Part shown: positions 11,518 through 22,200 of the stretch, piece after piece
Numbering within the stretch: position 1 is the first letter of the stretch
Layout: every line of letters starts with the position of its first letter
Assembly: GCA_001244265.2 (NCBI GenBank)
Contig: CDLV01000011.1
Span: 434,001 to 498,000 of the forward strand
DNA: 64,000 bases
Direction of reading: 5' to 3'
Source of the DNA: Microbotryum violaceum
Taxonomy: Eukaryota
Notes under the pieces: model-generated
Database searches by the model: none
Told to the model about the DNA's origin: nothing
What the model saw: only the letters and a program-made list of their open reading frames with translations
Program-made: the position numbers and the translations under genes

Positions 11518-14500
11518 AGTTTCACTGGTTGGAAACCTTACTGGTAAAGTTCCGTAGTCTTTCTCTAGATTGCTGTGGTGAGGATTGTAGTACAGGTTCC
11601 ATACAGATTTAAAAAAGAGGTAAATGGCTCTGATGAAGCGGAAGGGAATGAGGGGCGGGGCGCCACAGTGAACCTCTTCTAGCCCAAGGACCTGTTAAGT
11701 GATCAAGGAACCAAACTGGTCATGTTAGCTTGGCAATCTCCTGTGGGTGCGATAGACTGGCGGCTTGAGAATGCGATTGAGCTCCTCACCAAGTTGAAGC
11801 CAGTTCAGAAAACGATTTGAATCTGTTGCAGTGAATGGGAGATGAAGTGGACAGGGCAGCGGTTGGGGGTGCACAGTGACAAGATGCGATGATACCTGCT
11901 CATCAGCTTGCGCCCACATCAAGGATCGAGCTTCGAGGTTTCGAGGGACCCACGCATCAGTGTTCGCGCAATCGATGGCGCTACGCCGTGCCCTCGGCAG
12001 AGAGATCGTTGTTCCTTCCACGCCTCTGATAAGAACGGCTGTGGATCAGACAGAGGGCTCACTAGCCCTTAGCCAATACTTCAGACCGTGAACTTTTCTC
12101 GGTCACAGTAGGACCGAATCGACAGACGTACGGACTTTCCCAAACCCACTGGTATCGGTGATAATTTGATAGTCGGTTTCTGGGGGTGCCAGATGGGAAG
12201 ACGAGATTCAGCGATTTTAGACTGGAGCGTTGGGTCCCGAGCCGAGCCTTGGCACGGTCACGCACTCCCGATAAGAATGCTTTCCACCAGCGCATTCGTC
12301 GTGTAGTCAGCCACCTTCGCCAAATTGGTGACGTTATACACGAACTCGGGATGACCTTGGGTCAGCCCAGTGACGACGAGTCGGTCGGGGAATTGTCTCA
12401 AGGCAGCTGCCTCCAATGTGGGTGAGTCCGTGACGAGGTAATACACGACCTTCTGATCGTCCCGTGCGTAACGCTCGGCGAGCTTGGCGGCGCAGTCAAA
12501 GAACTGTCGGTGACGTTTGACGGTATGGATCTTATCTTTCCTGGAATTGGTCTAGAACCCCCCGGGACATCGAGGGCCAAAAAGGAGGATTGATGGCTTG
12601 GGTCAGAATCTTCATGATGAAATGAGGCCAGCTCATTACGGCTATCATTTCTCATCGCTCAGCAAAGCGTTGCTGCGAATAATGCCGAGCCGGGTCTCGC
12701 GGTAGACATTCCATGCAGGCTCACCATAGAGCTGTCTCCTGTCCGAATCTGAATTGCGATGGAGAACACAGTAGGAAGACTGAACACTGAATCGTATTCA
12801 GTAATGAAGCGCATCGATTCGCGCTTGGGCCGGAAGAGGAAGTCGGCCATGCAGGAGTAGGCGGATGTCCGATCGAACCCCCGTTCCAGCAATGCAGGCT
12901 TCACCGCGGAGTAGTCGAAAGAAGTTATGACTCCTCCTCGATTCGTCGAGACCTGTAGAATAAATGTTTTGACGTTGTTTTGATCAGAGCCCGTTGAGAT
13001 GCACGCGAAGGAAGGTCGAGGCGCATTGGAGCGGCATTAAAGTGACGAGCGAGATGCAAGAGATCACCCCTCCGCAAGCTTACCTGGAGCCAAGGCGGAT
13101 CGTCCCGCTTCTCAGCGAAAAGTTCTACGCTCAAGTAGTACTCCATATTCGACATTGGAGGAGCAACTATCTTCTGCACCTCGGCGTTTATGATGGTAAA
13201 CCATTGCCTCTTAAGCACGGGTAGACCAGGGTGAATCGAGCGTTTCGATATGGGCATGTATGGCTGTGCCCAGTCGATCCGGACGGCGTCGAAGAATACT
13301 TCGAAAGGCAATACTTCCCAGGTGATGAGTAGTGCTCGGTTGGTGAGAATGGCGTAGAGAAGCGAAGTGAATATACCCAGCAGTCTATCGAGGTGAGTAC
13401 GACACTCGAACGAAACGGCGTATCAGCGCTGCGGCTTCTGATGGAGTTGAGTACAAAGTAACAATCACGCACCGGTCCGAAATGCCGCCGCAACCGTGGC
13501 GTTCCCGACAGATGCATTCGAGGACCTTGGTGGGACGAGCTCCAGTCACGATCTCGTGATGTAGCTTCGCATAATCGGCCATCCATGACGTGTTGCGGCA
13601 TTGTGAGTGTGGGCGGCCGGTCTGCCATTCGTCACGCAGCGACTCCCACCTGGAAAGGCACAAAAGAGGAAGTTCTCACCCTCAATCAAAACCGCCGCCG
13701 CTCGGTGCTCTGGAGACGTATCAGAGTCAAACCCACTTTTTACGCGACCCTTTTATATAGCTCCCTGGTCCTGCACCCGTTCGAACCATCGCGGGCCCTT
13801 CGCGGATCCGTGCTGGAACTGGCGAGCTCTGCGATAACCCGACGGGCGCGCCGGTCTGTGAAAGGGGCCTCGTCGACAGGAGCCATTCTCTGATAGAAAC
13901 CTCTTCCTGCACTCGAAGGAATGGAAGCGCAGGGGCCGAAGAAAAGGAAACAGGGTCAACAACGATGTTCAGGTTCAAGAGACCTGATCACAGCCAGCGA
14001 CGCGGGCACGGCGACCAGTGCCAAACCTTCGGCCTGTGCTCGAGTCTCACCTTCGTGAGCGCCGTGACCATCCGAGTGAGACTCTCATGAGGTTCCTGGA
14101 ACTCCCGCTTGTAGTTCCTCCACATTTCAGCCTCTCCAGACCAATCGAGGCCTTGAGCTTGCTCAACACCGGACCCAGCCTCGCCCGACAACTCCCATTC
14201 GTGCAGGCGCGACAAGACGGTCGCCACGTCGCGGTCTCGGCGCACAGCCAGAATGATCGTCGTCATGACGATGAAGACGATCACCGTCATCACGACGATC
14301 ACAGGGAGGCCTTTGTGTACATTTCGGATTGTTTTGAAGTGTTGTCCAACGGGACTTGTGTACGACGTCATCCCTCCCTTGCCAGATCGCAAGTAGGGCG
14401 GTTGGAATCGGTCCTCGATAGCTTGCGAGGCGTCCTCCTCACCCTTGTAATCCACGTCCAGGTCAAGGTCGACGTCGTACCGACTATCATCTCGATCTTC

Positions 14501-14649
14501 AACCCTCAGCAGAGGAACGACCACCGCATCATTCGAAAGGGTCATGTGGTCTCGGAGAAGCGAGTGGGTGTTCGCCGTTCGGCCAGTGTCGTGAACTCGA
14601 AAGGGGCAGTAATGCGGGGCCCTTCCTTCAAACTCTCGGCGCGCAAACT
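11518..14649. repeat. Direct segmental duplication, copy B (~3.13 kb)
   Basis: Colinear with 6458-9589. Confidence 0.97.
11679..14545 (-). CDS. Putative fucosyltransferase-like glycosyltransferase, copy B
   Basis: Same exon-intron layout and motifs as copy A (CGGISDR, IQIRTGD, YYLVTDS, TDYQIITDTSGFGK, WSLG*). No frameshift or stop seen in the exons compared. Confidence 0.72.
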
Positions 14650-15028
14650 ACTTATTAATGGTCTTTTCAGCTTTTGTCCCGGGGACAGGATCGGCGATAG
14701 GTACCGATAGGTTCCTGCCACGTCTGTTCGGATCGGGGCGGGTGTCATCACCGATCAGATGTACCTGAGCAGCTGTGTTCAGGACGCGGGAGTATTTACC
14801 TCAGGGCAATGCTGGCGGATGTACCTACCCTTTCCCGCCTCACAAACACAATATCACTCACCGAGCGGCGCAGATCTTACACTGAGGGCCGTAGAGAGCG
14901 GGGAATTCCACCCTCGGAGGGGAATACCCGAGGTCTCGTCTGGTATTTACAAAAGCGCGCTTGGGTAATACCCGACAGCCTGGTATTTCCAGGGCGCCTG
15001 GTTTTACCACGGTCCTGGTTTTACCACG

Positions 15029-15272
15029 CGCCTGGGTATTTCCAGGGCGCAGGGTGTTATTTCCACGCGCGCGCTGATTTTACCCAAGCGCGTGGTAATT
15101 CCAGCCGTCACTTGGAAATACCAGGCCGTCGAGTATTACCCAGACGCCTGGGTATTTCTAGGGCGCAGGGTGTTATTTCCACGCGCGCGCTGATTTTACC
15201 CAAGCGCGTGGTAATTCCAGCCGTCACTTGGAAATACCAGGCCGTCGAGTATTACCCAGACGCCTGGGTATT
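15029..15272. repeat. 116-bp tandem duplication in the left subterminal array
   Basis: Units start CGCCTGGGTATT at 15029, 15145 and 15261 (period 116). Confidence 0.9.
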
Positions 15273-15860
15273 ACCAGGTCGCAAGGTGATATCGCCCCGG
15301 CCGAATGAGATTCTGCCCAGGCGCGTGGTAATACCAGCCGGCACCATTATTACCCTCGCCCGGTGGTTTTCCCAGCCAGGTATGGTATTGTCCACTTATG
15401 TATTGGATCTAGATCCTAGTCATACCGCTACTCTCAGCTGTCTCAGCATGTGCCAAATGACTTCTAGCCTAGCAGATGGAAAACAGCTGGGAATGGATTA
15501 CAAGTTCAAGAAATTGGGCCGAGCTTCGTCCTCCAATCGGTCACAGATATACTCGCGAGGCTCCTCTCGAGTCTCGACCCACCCTCCGATAGATGCGACC
15601 AGCTGAGCCTAAGATGCAGCGCAGATCTATAATCTCGATCGCTCCCAGAGTTCCTTGACCTCGAGTGAAAAACAGGTTTTGGTGCCTCTGCGCACTGACA
15701 ACAAAAGCAGCCTTTCTTTTTTGCCGCCTTTGCGCTGGCTTGGCCACCGGAGTCCGCTCGATAGCGTCGACGGCTTCCAATCGACTTAGACTAAGAGACC
15801 TGACTTTCCTGCCAGGAAAGTCTGTGGAGTGAGAGGCACAAATTAGCGTTTGTACGTGAG

Positions 15861-15893
15861 TCGTCGTCGTCGTCGTCGTCGTCGACGTCGTCG
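15861..15893. repeat. (CGT)n / (GAC)n microsatellite
   Basis: TCGTCGTCG run; reads poly-Asp on the minus strand. Confidence 0.8.
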
Positions 15894-16979
15894 AATGGGA
15901 GCGAGCTGGAGCTGGAGCGGTCCTCGTATTCCAGGTCAGGAGACACCATTCCCCAATCAAATGCCGCGTCAAACTGTTGTGTCTCGCGAAAATCCTCTTC
16001 ATCCAATCCTAGCGCTTGGTCCTCACTTGACCCCATTGATCCCCGACCGAAGAAGCTCGCTCGGACCCGTGATCTCCTTGAGGAGAGTAGGGACCCTTGG
16101 GACTGGTGGGCACTCCATATTCCGCTTCATTTGTGGCTGATTGTGGTGGCGAGCGACTTGCAAACCAACCAGGAGTTGGTAAAGGGGGCTGGAACGATTG
16201 GGCCTCAGGAGCAAGCAACGTTGGAGGTTCCGATGGCTGCCGCGAGAACTCGAGGATAGCAGTTGCGTCGGCTCTGGAAGAGTCAACAGATTGTAGGCGT
16301 TTGTGGCGGTAGAACTAGTGTCGCTCTTGGTACCATTGCATCGTTGCACAACGAACAATGGCATAGGCGAGAAGATTGGTTGCGTGTCATGGTGGCGCAA
16401 TCGAATGGTTAATTACGGTAAATAGTGGATCTAAGCAACGTGCCGCGTCTAAAAATATATATATATAAATTACTGTGAGACGTGAGACTCAAGAGCAACG
16501 AACGACGCTAAGTCCGGCAGGCCATCCGGGACATTAGGGCTACAGTAATGCGCAATACGAGCAGCAATTAGGCAGATTTGATTATGTGCGCTGAAGAATG
16601 GCGCCATGCGTCCGCGCGCTTCTTTCCTTCTTTCGCCTTCGATCCACTTGTGCCCACGTCGAAGCTCAACCCTCCCCGCCTACGTCTTCCTACCATGACA
16701 CGAACATTGTCGACCACGGCAAGACGTACAACAAGGATGGACAAGTCGAACGAACCACCGCATGAATGACGTCCACGTGTGTACAGAAAGCTGAAATTTT
16801 CGCGGTCTGCGTCTGCACCGCCACAGTTGAGGGAATTTGCTGACGTGTTCTTTTTCAACCGCGCCGCCGTCCTTCACCATCGGCCCACTGCGGCTACCTG
16901 TCTTCTTGTTTCTTCCAGGCAGAAAATACGTTGAAAAGACAAGGGTTCTATGAGCCTGCGCGAGTATACTATAATTGGG

Positions 16980-18026
16980 TTCGCGTGAGTACCGGCGGCT
17001 CAACGATCGGGGCGCGACGCCATCTCGTCGATCTGACTCCTCAGTGCTCACCATCTGTGTGATGTCCTTCGACCAGTCGGTTGTACGGGATGCACTAGTA
17101 AAGTCAGGAATCACCACACCTGACCCCATCAACCTTTATGGTCGGCATGTGGACTCCAGACTACCACACGCCTAAGGAGTTCAACCTCAAGGACGCGTTC
17201 AGGCTCATTCAAGCCAAAACGCAAAGCAACACTACTGTGTGGGGATGTCTTGGACCTGCAAAACAACAAGATATCGTCAAATATGTGAGTTGCGCGGAAT
17301 GTACGGAACGTGCGCTTGCTCGGGCACTCACTCATCCTCTTTCAGATTCGTGAGCGCACGGCTTTCTTAGGGGTCACATCGGGCGACTGGCTCTATGAAG
17401 AATTTGTTATTGATGTGTTGGCGAATGTCCTGAGCCGCGTATAAACTGCAGTACGACCGTGAGGCCTGTCGGTTGGCGGGGATCATGGGACGGCTTTCCA
17501 GGGCGGACATCACAAGATTGCGCAACGAGCTAGGCGTAGGATCTGCTCTAAAGGTTAGTCACTACTCTCGATTGAACAAGAGGCCCGGGTCAGTCAAAAT
17601 CGACGAAGGAGGCGAACGCTAAACAATCTTCTCGCATTAGCCAGAAGACCATCACCAGGCGGGTCCGCCACAAGATTGCGCAACGAGCTAGCGTAGGATC
17701 GCTCTGAAGGTTAGTCACTATTCTCGATTGAACAAGAGGCCCGGGTCAGTTAAAATCGACGAAGGGAGGCAAACGCTAAACAATCTTCTCGCATCAGCCA
17801 GAACACCATCACCAGGCGGGTCCGCCGCAGAGAAGAAAGCGAGGAAGAGCAGTCTCGGGTAGAGGAAGAGGAGGAAGAATAATCAGAGCCGACTAAAGGG
17901 TATAAGAAACGGGCAAGAGGAGCGGCAGCCGGAGCTTCGGGCGGTTTAGATCTTGATCAATCTGACAATCCAGACAAATGGGAGGAGCCTGTGACGGACG
18001 TGGACACTCAGTTTGCTGCTTTGTAG
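16980..18026 (+). pseudogene. Degenerate intron-containing gene inside the CACTA-like element (possible accessory ORF)
   Basis: Protein-like pieces (...WGCLGPAKQQDIVKY|IRERTAFLGVTSGDWLYEEFVIDVLANVL..., LQYDREACRLAGIMGRLSRADITRLRNELG) joined by GT-AG introns but broken by frameshifts and stops. Boundaries approximate. Confidence 0.45.
17511..17825. repeat. ~158-bp tandem duplication
   Basis: 17511-17668 and 17669-17825 both run CACAAGATTG...GGGTCCGC, with a few substitutions and indels. Confidence 0.92.
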
Positions 18027-18085
18027 TGTACCTATATCATAATACAGGAAAAAACCCTGCATTGAAAATCTGCAATTCGGATATG

Positions 18086-18166
18086 AGCATTAGTAAGTTC
18101 GAATACAAGTATTAGTAAACTCGAGTGTAAGCATTAGTAAATTCGAATCTGAGCAGAGCATTAGTA
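18086..18166. repeat. 22-bp degenerate tandem repeat (~3.5 units)
   Basis: AGCATTAGTAAGTTCGAATACA / AGTATTAGTAAACTCGAGTGTA / AGCATTAGTAAATTCGAATCTG / AGCATTAGTA. Confidence 0.75.
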
Positions 18167-19232
18167 CTACAAAGGTGACACCCATTACAAAAAACCTGCG
18201 CTCGGTCGTGCTCCGCACAAGAGCCCCTATTGAGGCTTTCCGGGTGGAAATACCAGCTGAGAAGGTGAATACCCAACCGACAGAAATACCAGCGGCTTGG
18301 GTAATACCCCTCGTGAAGTGGTAATACCCGCGCGTCTGGAAATACCAGTGGGTCGGGTATTACCACCTCACGAGGGTATTACCCAAGCCCCTGGTATTTC
18401 CAGGCGCCTGGTATTTCCAGCCGCGCGCCTGGAATTACCAGGCCAAAAAGGCCCTCGGTGTTATTTCTCCGAGTTTTCGCCCACGTTCGCCACCTTCATG
18501 CCAGACGCGTTCGATATGCTGTCCATAAGATATCACACTCTGAAAGCTCGTCCCCGGGGACAACATTAGGTGTATGACAGGTCCGAATCGTACGCCGTGT
18601 TGGACCTCCGATTACCTGCCGGCAAGCGGCGGCGAAAAGGAAAAAAAAGCGATCGCACCAGTTTGTTCATGAAATGGATCGCCGAGAGCTTCTCGATCAC
18701 CCTCTGTGCTCTGTGGCTCTCTGTGGCGCCGGCACCGGCGGCAGCCGCCGGTCATTTGCCGACCGCCATCCTCTCAACCTAACAACCTACATTCTCGAGT
18801 CAGCTCACAGTCCCGCCCAGCAGCAATCGCCGAGTGAAAGGCACGTGTACTGTCCCTCAGCTTCAGATCTGTCCATTCTCAGTCAAACACTTGGACATGT
18901 TGGTGACGCTCCAGCACCGGCGACCGCTCCCGCCACCACTGTATTATCGGATGACGTCGTACCCAAGCGAGCTTCTGCTACATCACCCCTCGAGGATCGC
19001 TTTCCGACCATGAGCACGTAGAACCAGTGCATCAAGGCCCCTTCTGCCTGAAGCGGCCCACACACTTTGACGCGTTCCACACTTGTTCGGAATGGCGCGC
19101 TGACTCGTGCTTGCAATTGTCTCACTCCCACTATCGCAGCCTATCGCAGCGACCGAGGATCGAGCGAACGGAAGCGCACCCCCGGACTCGGCTCTGTTCG
19201 ATCTGAACCGCCTCCCTCAACCCGAATAGGCC

Positions 19233-22200
19233 ATGTCTTGGAGAGCCTCGCCTTCCCGTCCTGCACCACCCGTCACGTCGACTTGGCCTGACTCGCTCTT
19301 CGTCTCGTCGTCGTCCTCCTCTCGGGTGGCCCGACCCGGTCTGCGCGTCGGCGGTGGCGCGTCGGGGTCATCCTCGGCATCGTCCGCTTCCTCCTCGTCT
19401 ACGAGCGCCATCTCGTTGTTAACCAGGCAAAAGGCCGAGTTCGACGACGACCGCGCGAGCGTGAGGAGTGGCAGGAACGTGTCCGGCTCGTCGTCAACGT
19501 GGGGGCGGAGCCGATCTGCGAGCACGGCGACCAATAGCAGCGTATGCACGGCCGCCAGTTCCAAGACGCTCGTCAAGGGTCATCGCACACCATCGAGGGG
19601 GAACAGTGCTGAGAGTAGATTGTCCACAAAAGCTCAGGGCAAGCAGAAGCAGCAAGAATCGACGGACTCGAACAAAGGGCCGGAGTCGGTGTCGAATGGC
19701 AATGCGGAACTGACTCGACCAAAGGGTCTACACTCCAATTCGCACATCGACAAACGTCCCAAATTGGTCGAAACAGCTTCTAGCGCGGCCAATTCGACCA
19801 ACTCCGCAACCAGTGTCGCGTCGTCCTCGTCAGCCTCGCAGGTTGCTCGCAAATCGAGCTGGCTGTGGCGATCGAACGACCCACAGAAAGTGGGCCCTTC
19901 CGAAATGGTGGACGAGTCGTCCGTGAATCCAACGAGCACGACAGCAACTCTGTCCGAGAGACCTTCGATCTCCATCGTGTCGTCTAATTCGAGGATTGAC
20001 ACTTCCTCGCAAGCCTCGATTCTCTCGAGCTCGGCGGGCTCTACGACCCCTCCTCAAGTTTTCCACACCCCCGACCCCAGTCCAACTAAACCGACACGCC
20101 GACAGCCGTCCGATGATACGAACATGCCGCCGCCTCCATTGCCCAAAAGAGGATGGTTCGGGTCTGTGAAAGTTGCTCCTGCGCCCGAATCGGCAGCTTC
20201 TACTCCACCTGTCGCCCCACAAAAAAGATCTGAGGAGCCGAGGCCCGAATCCGCACTTGAAGAAGTCGATGATGCTGAGGTCAAATCTCGAAGTTCGAAA
20301 CTTCCATTGCCTGTTGGTGCTCCGCCTCCGCAAGCCGGCGCATCTCGAGGCTCTTCTTGGTTCGGGTGGGGCGGAGCAGAACCCGAGCCAGCCGAACCGA
20401 GCGGTTGGAACACGCAATCTGAAGACCTTCAAGTGGAGCCGGATTATTCGACCGACGAGAGCGAAAAGGAAGAAGGGACTTTGAAGAAGGAAGCCACTCG
20501 AAGTGCTGAGACGTTGAGAACGCCACGTACTTCGGCCGAGAACAAGTCGTGGCTGCGGACGATTTGGGGCGAACCTCCTCCGGGGAATGCCACCGGTCGC
20601 ACTTCAACAGAAGAGCACGACGCTCCGACCATGGGCGTGGATCCACCACTGTCCTCTTCGGCTTCAACGTCGTCAGCCGCCTTGACGGTTGAAGAGTCAC
20701 TTCCTCAGCCAATCACCGTGCCCGCGCCAGCCGCGACAAAACCATCCTCGTGGTTCGGCCGTCGACATGGAGATGTTGCGGGACAGACGCCATCTACAGC
20801 TGCTTCTTCACTGAACTTACCCCCAGCTTTTGCTGCCGTGGCACGGCCTGTCGGCGGACTGGTCTCCTCGGCGGCATCAATTCGTTCGCGAACGTCGACC
20901 ACGGATCGAACGGCCCCGTCATCGCCTCACCTAGTCGCGCCTGACAACGCCCCCGTCAAGCCTCTGACGGGGTCCATCCGTGGTGGTGCATCCCCTCGAG
21001 TGGGACCTTACGATACCGACGCGCCTTTTGATAACCTCGTTCTGCCGACGTTCCGAGACACTTTCGAACGATTGCCGCGAAGCCGCAAGGTCGAAAAGGG
21101 CAAGTTGACCAAAGCCGTTTCAGCGGTCTCGGCCTACTTCTTCCACCAACCGCCACCGATGGGGATGTCCGCTCATGGGCCAGGCGATAAGCCCGTGCGG
21201 GACGACCCCGCTGCAAAATTTCCGAAATCGCTCGAAATCATGGAAGAGCCGTCGCGATTAGATCGAGTGAGGCGAGTGGTCACGATCGGCGTACACGGGT
21301 GGTTCCCCAACCCGCGACTGCGGTCCGTTTTCGGTGAACCGACGGGCACGAGCGTCAAGTTCGCAACGATGATGCATGATGCGGTCCATTCGTATCTGGT
21401 CGACCACGATATGACCTCATTCAATATTCAAGCGATAGGTCTGGAAGGACAGGGTGAGGTTGAGGCTCGAGTTGAGAAGCACCTTCAGCAGATCATTGAT
21501 CGAGCAGAGTGGGTCGAGGCGCTCAAAAAGGCCGATGCCGTGTTCCTCGCCACGCATAGTCAAGGTACGGTCGTCTCTACCCAGCTCTTGGCCAAGTTAC
21601 TCGAGCGGAATATCATCGTCGGACACAAAACACACATGTGAGTACCGACTCTAGGGAATCGGTCCTGCAGGGATATTCGAGTTGACCTGGACATGTTCTA
21701 CCAGGCTCGCCATGTGTGGCATTTCGCAGGGACCCTTCGTGTATCTGTCGCAAAGTTTCGTCTTGACGCCGTACTTTAACTACCTTGAGTCTGCTCCGGC
21801 TCGAGAACTTTTCGAGTTCCAAAGCCCGGATAGTGCTCAGACAATCAAGTTCCTCGACAGGTGAGCACTCCTCGCATTACGCTTCCCCTCGCATTCCACT
21901 GACTTCGATCCCCCTTCATCAGTTTGCGCATCACGCTCGCTCATGGCATAAAGATCACGGCCACGGGCTCAATCAACGACCAGGTCGTGCCGCTCTACTC
22001 TGCACTCTTCTCCGGCATTACTCATCCCGGCATCCTCCGAGCTGTCTACATTGACTCTCAGGCGTTCCGGACGTCTGACTTCCTCGCCAACTTGGTCGTC
22101 TTCGCGGCTCGGCTTCGCAACGCGGGTTTGCACGACCATGACTTGATCTATCACGTCTCGGAGGCCTTGGCGGGTGCTTTAATGGGTGTAGGACATTCCA

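Larger units (their letters stand above)
14880..18460. mobile_element. CACTA/En-Spm-like DNA transposon, 3581 bp, apparently non-autonomous
   Basis: TIRs CACTGAGGGCC / GGCCCTCGGTG; identical 3-bp flanks TTA (14877-14879, 18461-18463); subterminal arrays of GGTAATACC/GGAAATACC/GGTATTTCC-type motifs at both ends; no intact transposase recognised. Confidence 0.82.
14658..18566. mobile_element. Probable ~0.33 kb MITE related to the 5437 element, interrupted by the CACTA-like insertion
   Basis: Left end TA|ATGGTCTTTTCAGCTTTTGTCCCGGGGAC matches the 5437 TIR at 18 of 19 bases. Right end GTCCCCGGGGACAACAT|TA looks like its reverse complement with ~13 nt deleted. Confidence 0.5.

Noticed and set aside
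14880-15390. CRISPR-like look of regularly spaced GGTA.TACC motifs (also 10949-11227 and 18245-18440)
   Set aside because: The motifs are 9-bp, degenerate and in mixed orientation, the spacers are not unique, there are no cas genes and the DNA is eukaryotic. Transposon subterminal repeats explain them.
14809-15606. 265-aa ORF with repeated VLPR/EIPG motifs
   Set aside because: It is a translation of the subterminal repeat array and crosses the element boundary.
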